From: Guillardia theta CCMP2712
Lineage: Eukaryota > Protista > Cryptophyta
DNA length: 33,055 nucleotides
Direction: 5' to 3'
NCBI RefSeq assembly: GCF_000315625.1
Contig: NW_005434392.1
Coordinates: 1 to 33,055, forward strand
Shown here: positions 9,314 to 19,125 of the stretch, one piece after another
Layout: every line of letters starts with the position of its first letter
Position numbering within the stretch: position 1 is the first letter of the stretch
Made by a program: the position numbers and the translations under genes
Notes under the pieces: generated by a model
The model's input: only the letters and a program-made list of their open reading frames with translations
Database searches by the model: none
Told to the model about the DNA's origin: nothing

Positions 9314-10615
9314 ATGGGTTTGTCCATGTCTGAAGAGGCCGAAGATTGGAAGATATCATTCACAGCTGAATGGAACAAGAGGAAGTCATCAAGGTTGCCA
9401 TCAAATGCAGTCTTTCCTTTGGCTGAGAACCCTTTCGGCTCTGCAGAAATTCTTGCCATGGCGGAGGTTTTACTATCTGGGAAGTTAACAATGGGAGAAA
9501 ACGTCTCTGAAGCTGAAGAATTGTTTGCTCGAACAGTTTCTGTACCATATGCTTGCATGGTCAACAGTGGGAGTTCTGCAAATCTCCTTGCATTAGCATG
9601 CTTAAAACATCGCTTCATGGAAGCAAATCAAAACTGGGAAATTTTGATACCAGCTGTATGTTGGTCAACGAGTCTTTTCCCCATTGTTCAGCAGGGATTT
9701 ACTCCAAGGTTTGTTGACGTTGATCCCAGGACGATGAATATGTCCCTTCAAAGCTTGCAAAACGCGATGAACCCAAATGTCAAGGCAATCATGGCCGTGC
9801 ATGTTCTTGGTAACTCGATTTGCATGCAAGACTTGATGAATTTTGTTAAACAACATGATTTGGTTTTGATTGAAGATACTTGTGAATCTCTTGGATCTTA
9901 CTGCTGTGTTGATGGTGAGAAATGCATGCTTGGTACATTAGGATCGTTCGGGACATTCTCGTTTTACTTTTCCCATCACATAACTTCAGGTGAAGGAGGA
10001 ATGTTGGTTTGTCAAAATGAAGCAGATTACAATCTTGCGGTCTGTCTCAGAGCACATGGTTGGTCAAGACAACTCAGCAACAAAGAAGCTATTGAGAAAC
10101 TATACCCTGATATCGACCCTCGCTTCCTTTTTCTGAACGCAGGGTACAATCTAAGACCAATGGAAGTACAAGGAGCAATGTTAAAGGTTCAACTGGCAAG
10201 GCTAAGTGAATTCAATGAATGCCGGCGAAACAACTTTCGCCGTATCTCAGAAGCTATCAATAGCAGCCCAGGACTTCGAGGCAAAATCCAGTTGATGGAA
10301 GCTTCAGATGGAACTGATCCTGCATGGTTCGGTCTTGCCTGTTTGTTGTGTCCCACGTACACTCATCAGCTCAAAGACTTTCTTGCATATTTGATTGAAA
10401 TGGGTGTTGAAAACAGACCAATCATAAGCGGCAATTTTCTTCGACAACCCTTTGTCAAGCAGAACTTATCTCCGCTGAATCCGTCTGATTTTCCGGGTGC
10501 TGAGGTCGTGCATTCAGCAGGATTCTTTATTGGAATTCACCAGATCCCGATTCCTGACGAAAGAATTACTGAGTTGATTCGGACATTTCAATCATTCAGC
10601 TTCCGTGAATTGTGA
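9314..10615 (+). CDS. DegT/DnrJ/EryC1/StrS-family PLP enzyme, ColD/E1-like nucleotide-sugar 3-dehydratase, intronless
   Basis: Motifs VNSGSSANLLA, PAVCWST, AVHVLGN, IEDTCESLG, GYNLRP and RPIISGN. FSFYFSHHITSGEGG has His at the position of the aminotransferase Lys, as in ColD and E1 dehydratases. Confidence 0.9.
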   Translation: MGLSMSEEAEDWKISFTAEWNKRKSSRLPSNAVFPLAENPFGSAEILAMAEVLLSGKLTMGENVSEAEELFARTVSVPYACMVNSGSSANLLALACLKHRFMEANQNWEILIPAVCWSTSLFPIVQQGFTPRFVDVDPRTMNMSLQSLQNAMNPNVKAIMAVHVLGNSICMQDLMNFVKQHDLVLIEDTCESLGSYCCVDGEKCMLGTLGSFGTFSFYFSHHITSGEGGMLVCQNEADYNLAVCLRAHGWSRQLSNKEAIEKLYPDIDPRFLFLNAGYNLRPMEVQGAMLKVQLARLSEFNECRRNNFRRISEAINSSPGLRGKIQLMEASDGTDPAWFGLACLLCPTYTHQLKDFLAYLIEMGVENRPIISGNFLRQPFVKQNLSPLNPSDFPGAEVVHSAGFFIGIHQIPIPDERITELIRTFQSFSFREL

Positions 10616-10979
10616 AGCAGCTTTCTCACTGTCTTCCCATTTTCATTCCTGTGTGGTAGTTGCTCTGCAATTAAAGTACGAAATGGAATTGCAAATGAAA
10701 GCTAAACAAACACTGATGTGTCTCAACTGTACCTCATGCCCATTCAATGAAATTATCACTCGCTGAGGATAAATCCGTACGCGATAGTTGCTCAGTCTGC
10801 GGGATTATTGTCACGGACAGGGAAGAAAATATCTTCAAATTGATACCTTATCTTCAGCCTAAAACAGCTTAGTCCCATGACTAGTGGCAGTGGCAGGAAG
10901 CAAAGGTGATGAGGTAGTTTTGGGGTTCAGGACGAGAGAGGGGAGATATTCTAAGGAAAGAATCGTTCTTTGGTTTGTC

Positions 10980-11605
10980 TTTGCGAGCAAGTTTCCTCAA
11001 CCGGTTTTCTTAGGTACGGTCTCTTGGAGTTAGCGAAACGAAAGAACGATGAAGATCCATTTTGGATTCCAAGTCCCAATGCAAGATTCAAACAGATCGA
11101 AGCCGCATACGTCTTGGATATATTACAACATCGCAAACATGATGAATAAGATGCCGAACAGTCTCAATGTGATCAATCTCTACAAGAACTGCACGATCAG
11201 CAGCCACAAGGAAACAAAGTATGTATCCGAGTAACCAAGGATATATCCGACTTCAGCAGGATGATACCGGAAGACACAGAGAGGATACAGATACACCTCG
11301 CTGAAGTCCTTATGGATTTCATATGACCATGCCAGGAGGATTTGACGAAAGATCCGATGGTCAAGGCGGAAAGCCTGGATATAGACCATGCTCTCCAGGC
11401 GATAGTGAAACTCACCAACCTTGTTAAGAGCGTGCAGCGAGAGAATTGTTTACTCTTATCTTTTCACACTCTTGGCGGAAGCCAAGGTTCGATCGAACCT
11501 GTCAGAGCTCATAGGAACCGAGCCCGAGTCAGACAAAGGCCTATCAGGATGAAAGGACAGTTGGCTGTCTCGTACTCGTGTTCGAAGCTGACTTCTCCTG
11601 GATGA
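10980..11605 (+). pseudogene. Possible decayed coding sequence
   Basis: One frame reads GFLRYGLLELAKRKNDEDPFWIP...KHDE*...LMDFI*PCQEDLTKDPMVKAESLDIDHALQAIV..., long but with two internal stops. No family recognised. Confidence 0.3.
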
Positions 11606-12050
11606 CCCAGGATACTCTACTCCAGTATGAATCTACTGAAAGGACCCCTCTGGAGGTCTTTGTTGCAGCAACCGTGTACTCGTGGGGGACCTACAAGGTA
11701 AACAGGAGGGGTGCGTCTTGTGGAGTACGACCCGTTGGAAGCAGCTTGCTGCCATGCAAGGACGGGGTTCTCTTCCCTGCGAGAGAGCATGGTATCCTTT
11801 CGAAGGTCAGAAGGGATGCTTGTCAACTTCCAAGGACAGGACACCCCTCCTTTCTGTAGCCCAGAGACGCTACCCCTGGCTCCTTCCTCGAAGCTATAAA
11901 AGGATGAAACTCGTCAGAGCTAGGCTAGGTGGTCCTCTTCCCCTTTCGTGTGTGTTCCACGATTGTGTGTGTGTGTGTGTGTGTGTGAAAGAAATAAAAG
12001 AGAGGTAGATCTCCTTCTGTTTCACCGCTTTCCCTCTTAGTAGAGAAATC

Positions 12051-12116
12051 CATAGACAGATCTGAGAGCCTGCATAGACAGATCTGAGAGCCTGATAGAC
12101 AGATCTGAGAGCCTGC
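12051..12116 (+). repeat. 22-bp tandem repeat x3 (CATAGACAGATCTGAGAGCCTG)
   Basis: Three near-identical consecutive copies. Confidence 0.9.
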
Positions 12117-12131
12117 AGGGTCCTCCGCGTG

Positions 12132-12243
12132 ATATATATGCTGAGGCGGGCCCGGTCGCGGGACTTAGCGTAGAAAACGGCAACGGATCCTGCCGGCCGG
12201 GCCCGTCAGTAGACCGACTGCAGCCTTCAGCCCCGCCTCAGAC
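12132..12243. repeat. Inverted repeat-A fragment (12132-12154) plus truncated repeat B (12183-12243)
   Basis: ATATATATGCTGAGGCGGGCCCG is the reverse complement of the A hairpin arm and tail (1 mismatch). ACGGATCCTGCC...CCTCAGAC matches B. Confidence 0.9.
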
Positions 12244-13042
12244 CATTCCATGGCATTTACTAATGCCCAATTATAAATTAATATCCTTTTAACAAACACT
12301 TGTACCTGTTAATTTGATCATAAGCGTACAGTTTTTAGTCAATTTTGTACCAGATCCATTTGTACCACTCAGTACTCTTTTATATTTGTTTTAAGCATTT
12401 GAGTTCCGGCTTACACGCCTCTTGGCTGTTCTCTACCCTGTGTACCGGTATGTTTGTCTGATATGGAGGGGGTAGGGTTATTCGTATATTTCGATACACG
12501 CCCATGAAATCTTATTAGTGTCAGCCATTGACGAGTGTAGTAAATCCAGCCAATAAGTATTTTTGTTTTCAAATCAAGGAGTCGTACGTCAGCTAGCAAC
12601 GGCAATCTTTTTTTTCCTGTACCGGTTATTTTTCCATTACCTACCCTATGTGTTGTAGGGTACTTCTGGAACACAGGTTCCCATGTTTCCAATCAAACAG
12701 CAATTAGCTAGCGTTTTCAGGATTTTTCCTAGTTCAAATCCCTGTCCGCCGGATTTCCTGAAATCCCAAACTTTATTAAAACTATTTTAGGGGTGCGGAA
12801 TCTGAGTACCCCTACTTTTGCGGGTTGACAGAGGGGATATCATATTTGTAAAAATTTATTGAAAAACATCATGACCAAAACAGGAAATTTCAATTAGAGA
12901 TTTTTTTTCACTCAACTCTGGACCTCTAATTGCTCCTACCCCCTAAATCCTGAGCCTCCTGCGTAGTAGTTTATTGCAGCCCACGGCCCCCTCCACCCCC
13001 CACCCCCCCTTTCATACCTGCAACCCGCGCAAATCGCTCAGC

Positions 13043-15250
13043 ATGGCCACAGCCGCTGGATCACAAGGTAGCCGTCAGAAATGCTTGTTCGGTTCACGAT
13101 GCAAGGTTAGGGACGACGCAGCTCAACTGTATCAATGTACTGTCTGCTCAAACCTGTTTCATCATCTTTGTGCTAGTGAATGGAGTGAAGAGTGGAGTGA
13201 TTGTGGTTGCTCGACTCGCAACCCAAAAGGAACAAAGGGACCAAAAACTTCAGCGCAGCAGCAAACCCCAAAAGTTGTTCCTTCCATCTCTGAAGAACAA
13301 ATCGCGGAATCAATTGTGGAATACGTTTCAGGGACTAACAGAACTAGACGGGTATGCAACAAGGAGAACGATCACGACGCAGACGGAGTTGCAGAGAGAG
13401 AGGTAGGCGGAGACGAAGCCTCGGACGAAGACGAAGACGAAGAAGACGACGACGACGAGGACGATAACGAGGAAGTGGAGGAAATGGAAGGCGAGGACGA
13501 ACAAGAAACAAGAGAAAAAATCGAGTCTGTCAAAGACAGGATGCTCTCGGACAATTCGAAGGCATGTTACTTGAGTTCTGTAAGTCAGCTGATTGCATGG
13601 TTGTATGAAACCAAACCATTTTGTTTGAATCACGAATTCAAGAGTTGTTTAGACAACGAACCCAGAAATCGTGGTCCAATTACCAAGAAGATCAAAGAAT
13701 TGTTGAAGAGAAGAGAATTGTTACCATTCAACACGAGAAGGTTCTCATACAAGCAATGGACCAGCTATGTGGTAAATGTCATGATGAAGAAAAAGTTGAA
13801 ATTCTCGTCATACGTAGCTTTGAGATCAGGTGTTAGGCATTTCTATAGAAGGCACCACAAGACCAAAACGTACAGGAGAAAGTTCGACGTTCAGATAGCC
13901 GATTTCTATAAAGGTCTTCAGAACACCATCGCAGATGAGAGAGCCGTGAGTGGAACGAAATTGTCATCTGGCAAGGATCCATTACCCTTTAGTTTGTATG
14001 TCATAATGGGTGGAGAGTTGCTGAAATGTAAAAAGATGGATTTAATAGTTGGTCGTACCTTCCTGATACTAAGTTGGAATCTGATCTGCAGATCTGTCAA
14101 TACGGCTGAGATTCTGTTTCAACACATGGGATGGAAAGACGATCACATGTGGATATGTTTTCCTCATAGCAAGACAGATCAAGTTGGAGAACGGAACGAG
14201 CCGAAATCAATATATGCCAATCCGATCTGTCCTGCAATTTGCCCCATTCTTGCTATGGGTGTGTACCTTATGAGTCATTCTCCAGACACCAGGAAGTTGT
14301 TTCCAGGTGTACTTGGCATGAAATGTGGTTGATACTGATGCATTTTTTGGGCATGATAGGTGGCAGTCAATACCATCGTTTTGTCAATTGTCTGCAGAAA
14401 GTCATGACACTGCCCGAACGGGGTGAGTGTGATGAATCTTCTAGCGCACAGGATGCTCCGTATGATTACCGAGCCATTCGGAAAGCTGTCTGTCAGGAGC
14501 TGCAAAGACTTGGGATGAACAAGGAGGATTTAGGCACCCACTCCATTCGAAAGGTGAGATATTGATTGATGATGTGAAGATTGTTTGAACCCTACGTGTA
14601 GGGTGCAGCGACGTATTGTACAAGTGGTTCTACTCACTGTCCATCAGTTACCGCGGTTTCTGACCGAGCCAGTTGGAACAACGGAACAATTCCCAAGACT
14701 TACTTCAAGTACGAGGCTGCATCAGATCTGTTTGTTGGTCGTACGGCCTGTGGATTACCCATTCATTCGGCGATGTTTGCGTCATTACCTCCACAGTTCA
14801 AGAAGGGAAATGATGAATTAGTACAGAGTACGATTCAGTTATGTTTTCCTACATTGCCAGGGAATATGAATGGGATTCTGATACATTGCTTAGCAAGCAT
14901 TGTGTATCATTTCGATTACTTGAGAAAGGAGTTGGACCCCAGTCATCCATTATGGAGCTGCGCATTGTTTCGGGATACTGGAATTTATGAACAGCTGAAA
15001 GAGCAAGTTTTAGTTCTGCTTCCTACAGACGTACCCACAGAGATGAATGAAAGTTCCGAGAACATGATGTGCACTGTGCAGGTTCCCATTTATCGTAGTA
15101 CTGGATGTCCGCCTCATGTCACATCACTGGTTCACGAAAAGCAGTGGATGATGAAGACACAACTTTTGCAAGAGAAGCTTGATCAAGTGGTGGCAGGCAA
15201 TGAACAGCTGGTGGCAGCCAATGAACAGCTGGTGGCAGCCAATGAACAGC
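13043..15250 (+). CDS. Crypton-type tyrosine recombinase with N-terminal Cys/His zinc finger; 3' end uncertain
   Basis: Removing introns 14307-14359 and 14554-14601 (both GT-AG) gives WNLICRS, SKTDQ, IYANP-ICPILA, LFPG|GSQYHRF, GTHSIRK|GAATY, RASW and KTYFKYEAASDLFVGR. This is an intact R-K-HxxR-W-Y set, followed by LPPQF and TGCPPHV as in CryptonS/F-like recombinases. Confidence 0.88.
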
Positions 15251-15358
15251 TGAGACTGAAGCAAGACAGCAGCTGGATAAGAAGACGATTAAGAGAGAAA
15301 GCATCCTTGAGGAAAGATCTCTTCCTCCTCTTCCTCTGCTTCCTCTTCCTCTTCCTCT

Positions 15359-15392
<34 letters not shown>

Positions 15393-17298
15393 TCTCTTAT
15401 CTCCTCTTTCTCCTGCTCCTCCTTTCTTCTCCTGCTCTTGCTCCTTCTCTTATCTCCTCCTCTTTCTCCTGCTCCTCCTTTCTTCTCCTGCTCCTTTTCC
15501 TTCCTCCTCCTCCTCCTCCTCCTCCTCCTCCTCCTCCTCCTCCTCCTCTACTACTCCTTCTCATCCTACTCCAGTCCTCCTCTCCTCTTCTCATGATTGC
15601 AGCAGATTCTCGGCTCTCAGTCGCTGTCAGAGAAACAGATACTGAGCGGGGTGGGAGACAGCAGATACGCGAGGTCAGCGAGGGGAGGTGGAAGACAAGA
15701 CCATGTCATTCAGTTCACCAGAGGAGGAGAGGCCAGCGGCAAGGATGGGGGGAAGGAAGGGGAGAGTGAGAGGGAGGGGAGGGAGGGGAGGAGAAAGGGA
15801 AGAGAATGGCCAGAAGAAGGTCATGACATGGGAAGGGGTTTTGATCAATCCATCAGGGAGATTCTACGAAGACTTTGCACGGAAGGAAAAATCTACAGAA
15901 CAGGCTTGTAGCCTCCTCCTCTCGATCTTCTCTCGCTTTACCCTCTTCCTCTCCTCTCTGGTTCCGCCAAACTTGTCCTCCACTGTCATTTCTACGCCAA
16001 TCTCTCCTCCCCTCTCCCCTCCCCTCCCTCTCCCCTCCCCTCCCCTCCTATCCTCTTCTCTTCCCTTCCCTCTTCTTTCCTCTCCCCTCCCCTTTTCTTC
16101 CCCTTCTCTCCCCTCCACTTTCCCGCCCTCCCAATTCCCCTCCTTCCTCCGGAGCCCACCTGAATCCCAGCAGGACGAGGAGGAGCGAGTGATCCCTACA
16201 AGTACACAGCTGCTCCCTACTACGACGGGCCGGACAAGCTGCCGGAGGGGGTGGTACCTCAGGTGGGATTCAGCTGGGAGGGAGCGGGTCGGCCTGACGG
16301 TCATGTGCAGGTCCCGATTGAAGTCAGGTTGCAGAGGATCGCAAACAAGATCGAGAGACTTCTCAGCTCGGGTAGAGCTGGACCCTCCCATCTCTTCCAT
16401 TTCCTCCTCCTCCTCCTCCTCCTCCTACCTCCTCCTCCTCCTCCTCCTCCACTCCTCCTCCTCCTCCTCCTCCTCCTCCTCCTCCTCCTCCTCCTCCTCC
16501 TCCTCCTCCTCCTCCTCCTCCTCCTCCTCCTCCTCCTCCTCGACTATCACCTTCTCATCTCCAGGCTCCTCGTCCTCTTCTTGTCCTCCCCCTCCTCCTT
16601 GTTTTCCTCTTCACCTCTCACGTTTATTCCTTCGCAGGTGAAAATCTTACTGAACGTGAGATTCGTGATTCAGTAGGTGATAACGTTGGGACGGGGAAGG
16701 TGCAGAATGAATACACCTCCACCACCACCACCACCTCCTCCTCCTCCTCCTCCTCCTCCACCTCCTCCTCCACCTCTTACTCCTCCACCTCCACCTCCTC
16801 CTCCACCTCCTCCTCTACCTTACCCTAGTTCCCGTCCCCCTCTTCGTCTCTCTCTCCTCGTCTCTCCCTCTCTCTCTCCCTCTGATTTCTGTCTTGTCTT
16901 GTCTCTCACTCCACAGGCTCTTCGCGTCCTTTTGCGTCTTGGACGGATAAGAAGGTAAAATCCCTTCCACCTCCTTATCTTGATCCTCTCCTTCCTTTCT
17001 CAGCTCGCTCCCCTTCCTACTTGCCCTCCCAGATCTCTCTTCCCTCCATCCCTTCTTGCTCTCACTCCTTGCTCCTGCCTCCCCTCCCCTCCTGCACCCC
17101 ATGCTCCTCCCGCTTCTGTGTCAAGACTTGCTACTCAGGTTCGGCAAGGGAGGAGGCAATGGTGCATTCCGCTACAGCAAGAGCGACTTGCTCGACTCTC
17201 CTGACAACGAGGACCTCTCCTCCTGCACCCTCCCTGCCGCTCCCCTCGACCGCCTCCACATCCCCCTCGAGCCTCCGAAGAAGCACGGAGGCAGCTGA
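15250..17298 (+). CDS. Multi-exon protein with two winged-HTH-like repeats; no independent start visible
   Basis: Exons 15603-15673, 15857-15903, 16174-16371, 16638-16699, 16917-16954 and 17139-17298 splice in frame. They give SEKQILSGVGDSRYAREILRRLCTEGKIYRTGRGGASDPYKY and TEREIRDSVGDNVGTGKALRVLLRLGRIRRFGKGGGNGAFRY, resembling a small plant/algal HTH motif (recalled as G[DN]xPDTSKALR...GxGGxxDP[FY]xY). Confidence 0.75.
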
Positions 17299-17384
17299 AA
17301 GACGAGAGGAGAGGGGAGGAGACGGGAGGAGAGTGGGAATGTAGGATACAACGCAGTTCTAGAACAACATGTTGAAACGAATAA

Positions 17385-18227
17385 TCACTGAGCTGATTGC
17401 CCCTTCCCCATCTCCCCTCCCCTCCCCTTCTTGCTGCCTCCGTTCTTCGCCTTCAGCTCTCCCCCTGCTCCTCTTCTAGAAAACTCTAGCAAGAGCTGTG
17501 GCCTTGAGGAAGCGACTCTCAACTCCTTCGTCTGACCCCTGCTGGCTGTTCGCTTCTTCCAGACCAGAGTAGATATCCCCAACGAGACCTCCTCACCTGC
17601 TGCCTTCCTCCTCCTCCTCCTCCTCCTCCTCCTCCTCTCCCTTGGTTCCCGTAGAAGAGGGCCCAAGCGCTTGTGTCTCTGCTGCCTCCCCCCCTCGCTT
17701 CTCCTCTTTCTCCATCCGCTTGCTCCTTCCAACCACCTGCGCTCTGTCACTTACTCATCCACATCCAGTCGTTCCCTCCATCCTCTACCACCCCTATCCC
17801 CACCTCCTTCCTAGGCCTGCCCTCCCCTCCTCTTTCCACTGTCCGCTTCCCGACCCAACTGCTCCCCCTCCTCCCCTCCCTCCCTCCCTCTCCCTCCCTC
17901 CTCCTTCTCTTGCCTCCTTCCCCAGCTCCTCCTCACCTTCTCGTAGAGAGGTGAAGGTTTTCCTCCTAGAGGCTTTCCCAGCGACGGCAGCGACACTGCG
18001 TCTCTTCCCAGCTCCTCTGCTGAATGCTGGAGCATCTCTCCCGCCTCCTCCATCAGCTTCTTGTTCCTCTCTGCCGCCTGTTTGGCACTGCTGTACGCCT
18101 TCCTCGCGTCCTTGTCCTGCTCCCCGAGTCAGGATCCTCCTCCTCCTTCGCCTCCATCTCTTGCCACCACCTTGGCCTCCCTCTCTCACCGCCACTGTGG
18201 CCTCCTGCTCCACCACTACCTCCGCAT

Positions 18228-18287
<60 letters not shown>

Positions 18288-18879
18288 CTCTTCTATCACC
18301 TTCATTGCCATGGCTACGTAGGAGCTCAGACTCTTGTGAGCCGGGTGCCACCTTGCGTTCCTTCCCCGTAGGTCAGCGATCACAGGGAGAGAGAGGACGG
18401 CAACACCTGCGCGATGAGAGGAGGGGGACGTTGACCGCATTTCCTCCCAGCTCCTCCTGCGATGCCTCAAGCTGCTTGTCAGCATCCTCGAGCAGCTTGT
18501 TGTTCTTCTCTGCTGCTGCTCGAGCAGCCGCCTCGATCTTGGCCAGGTCCTTCTTGCTCAGAGCTGGGCCCGTTGAGGAAGAGTTGTTCCGCTCCGCCTG
18601 CCTCCTCTTCTCCTCCTTCAGGATCCCATCGACTTCCTTCTCGTGCTTTGACAGCTCCTTCTTCTCCACGGGAGCGAGCGCAAGTGCTGCTGGAGTGAAG
18701 GCGGGGAGCCGAGCTCCAACCAGCCTCCTACTTGCGCTCCCAGTCAGCTCCGTCACATGACCTTGATCTTCCTGCTGCATGACGACAACCGCCATGGCGA
18801 CGACCACAAGCATTACCAGGCTCATCGATGCCACCCCCTTGTGCCGCAGCTTCTCCCTCCTGACAATAACGAGATCCAT
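17385..18879 (-). CDS. Hypothetical multi-exon protein with N-terminal hydrophobic segment and coiled coil
   Basis: First exon MDLVIVRREK...SLVMLVVVAMAVVVM...charged helix. Later exons are low-complexity and the 3' boundary is approximate. Confidence 0.5.
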
Positions 18880-18967
18880 GCTTGAGAGCGCGTTTCTCCC
18901 TGTTACGCAGGCGAGGACCTCTCTGTCGATGAATACGTCTAACTTGCTGCCCTGTAGGCTTGTGGTT

Positions 18968-19125
18968 TTCTTGTGTTCTTGTGTTCTTATGTTCTTGTGT
19001 TCTTGTGTTCTTGTGTTCTTGTGTTCTTGTGTTCTTGTCTTCTTGTGTTCTTGTCTTCTTGTGTTCTTGTCTTCTTGTGTTCTTGTCTTCTTGTCTTCTT
19101 GTCTTCTTGTCTTCTCGTCTTCTTC
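18968..19125. repeat. Simple repeat (TTCTTGTG/TTCTTGTC)n
   Basis: Directly visible ~8-bp periodic tract. Confidence 0.9.

Noticed and set aside
8982-10900. Complete TIR pair around the dehydratase
   Set aside because: No reverse complement of CATGAAAGCA was found downstream, so only a tentative left end is reported.
5361-12248. Single element bounded by GAATGG...CCATTC with a 2-bp CA duplication
   Set aside because: A 6-bp inverted match and 2-bp TSD are weak, and the pattern is explained equally well by two outward-lying CATTC-ended modules. Not fully excluded.
1-15250. Endogenous giant virus or Polinton
   Set aside because: No capsid, packaging ATPase, polB or protease ORF was recognised.
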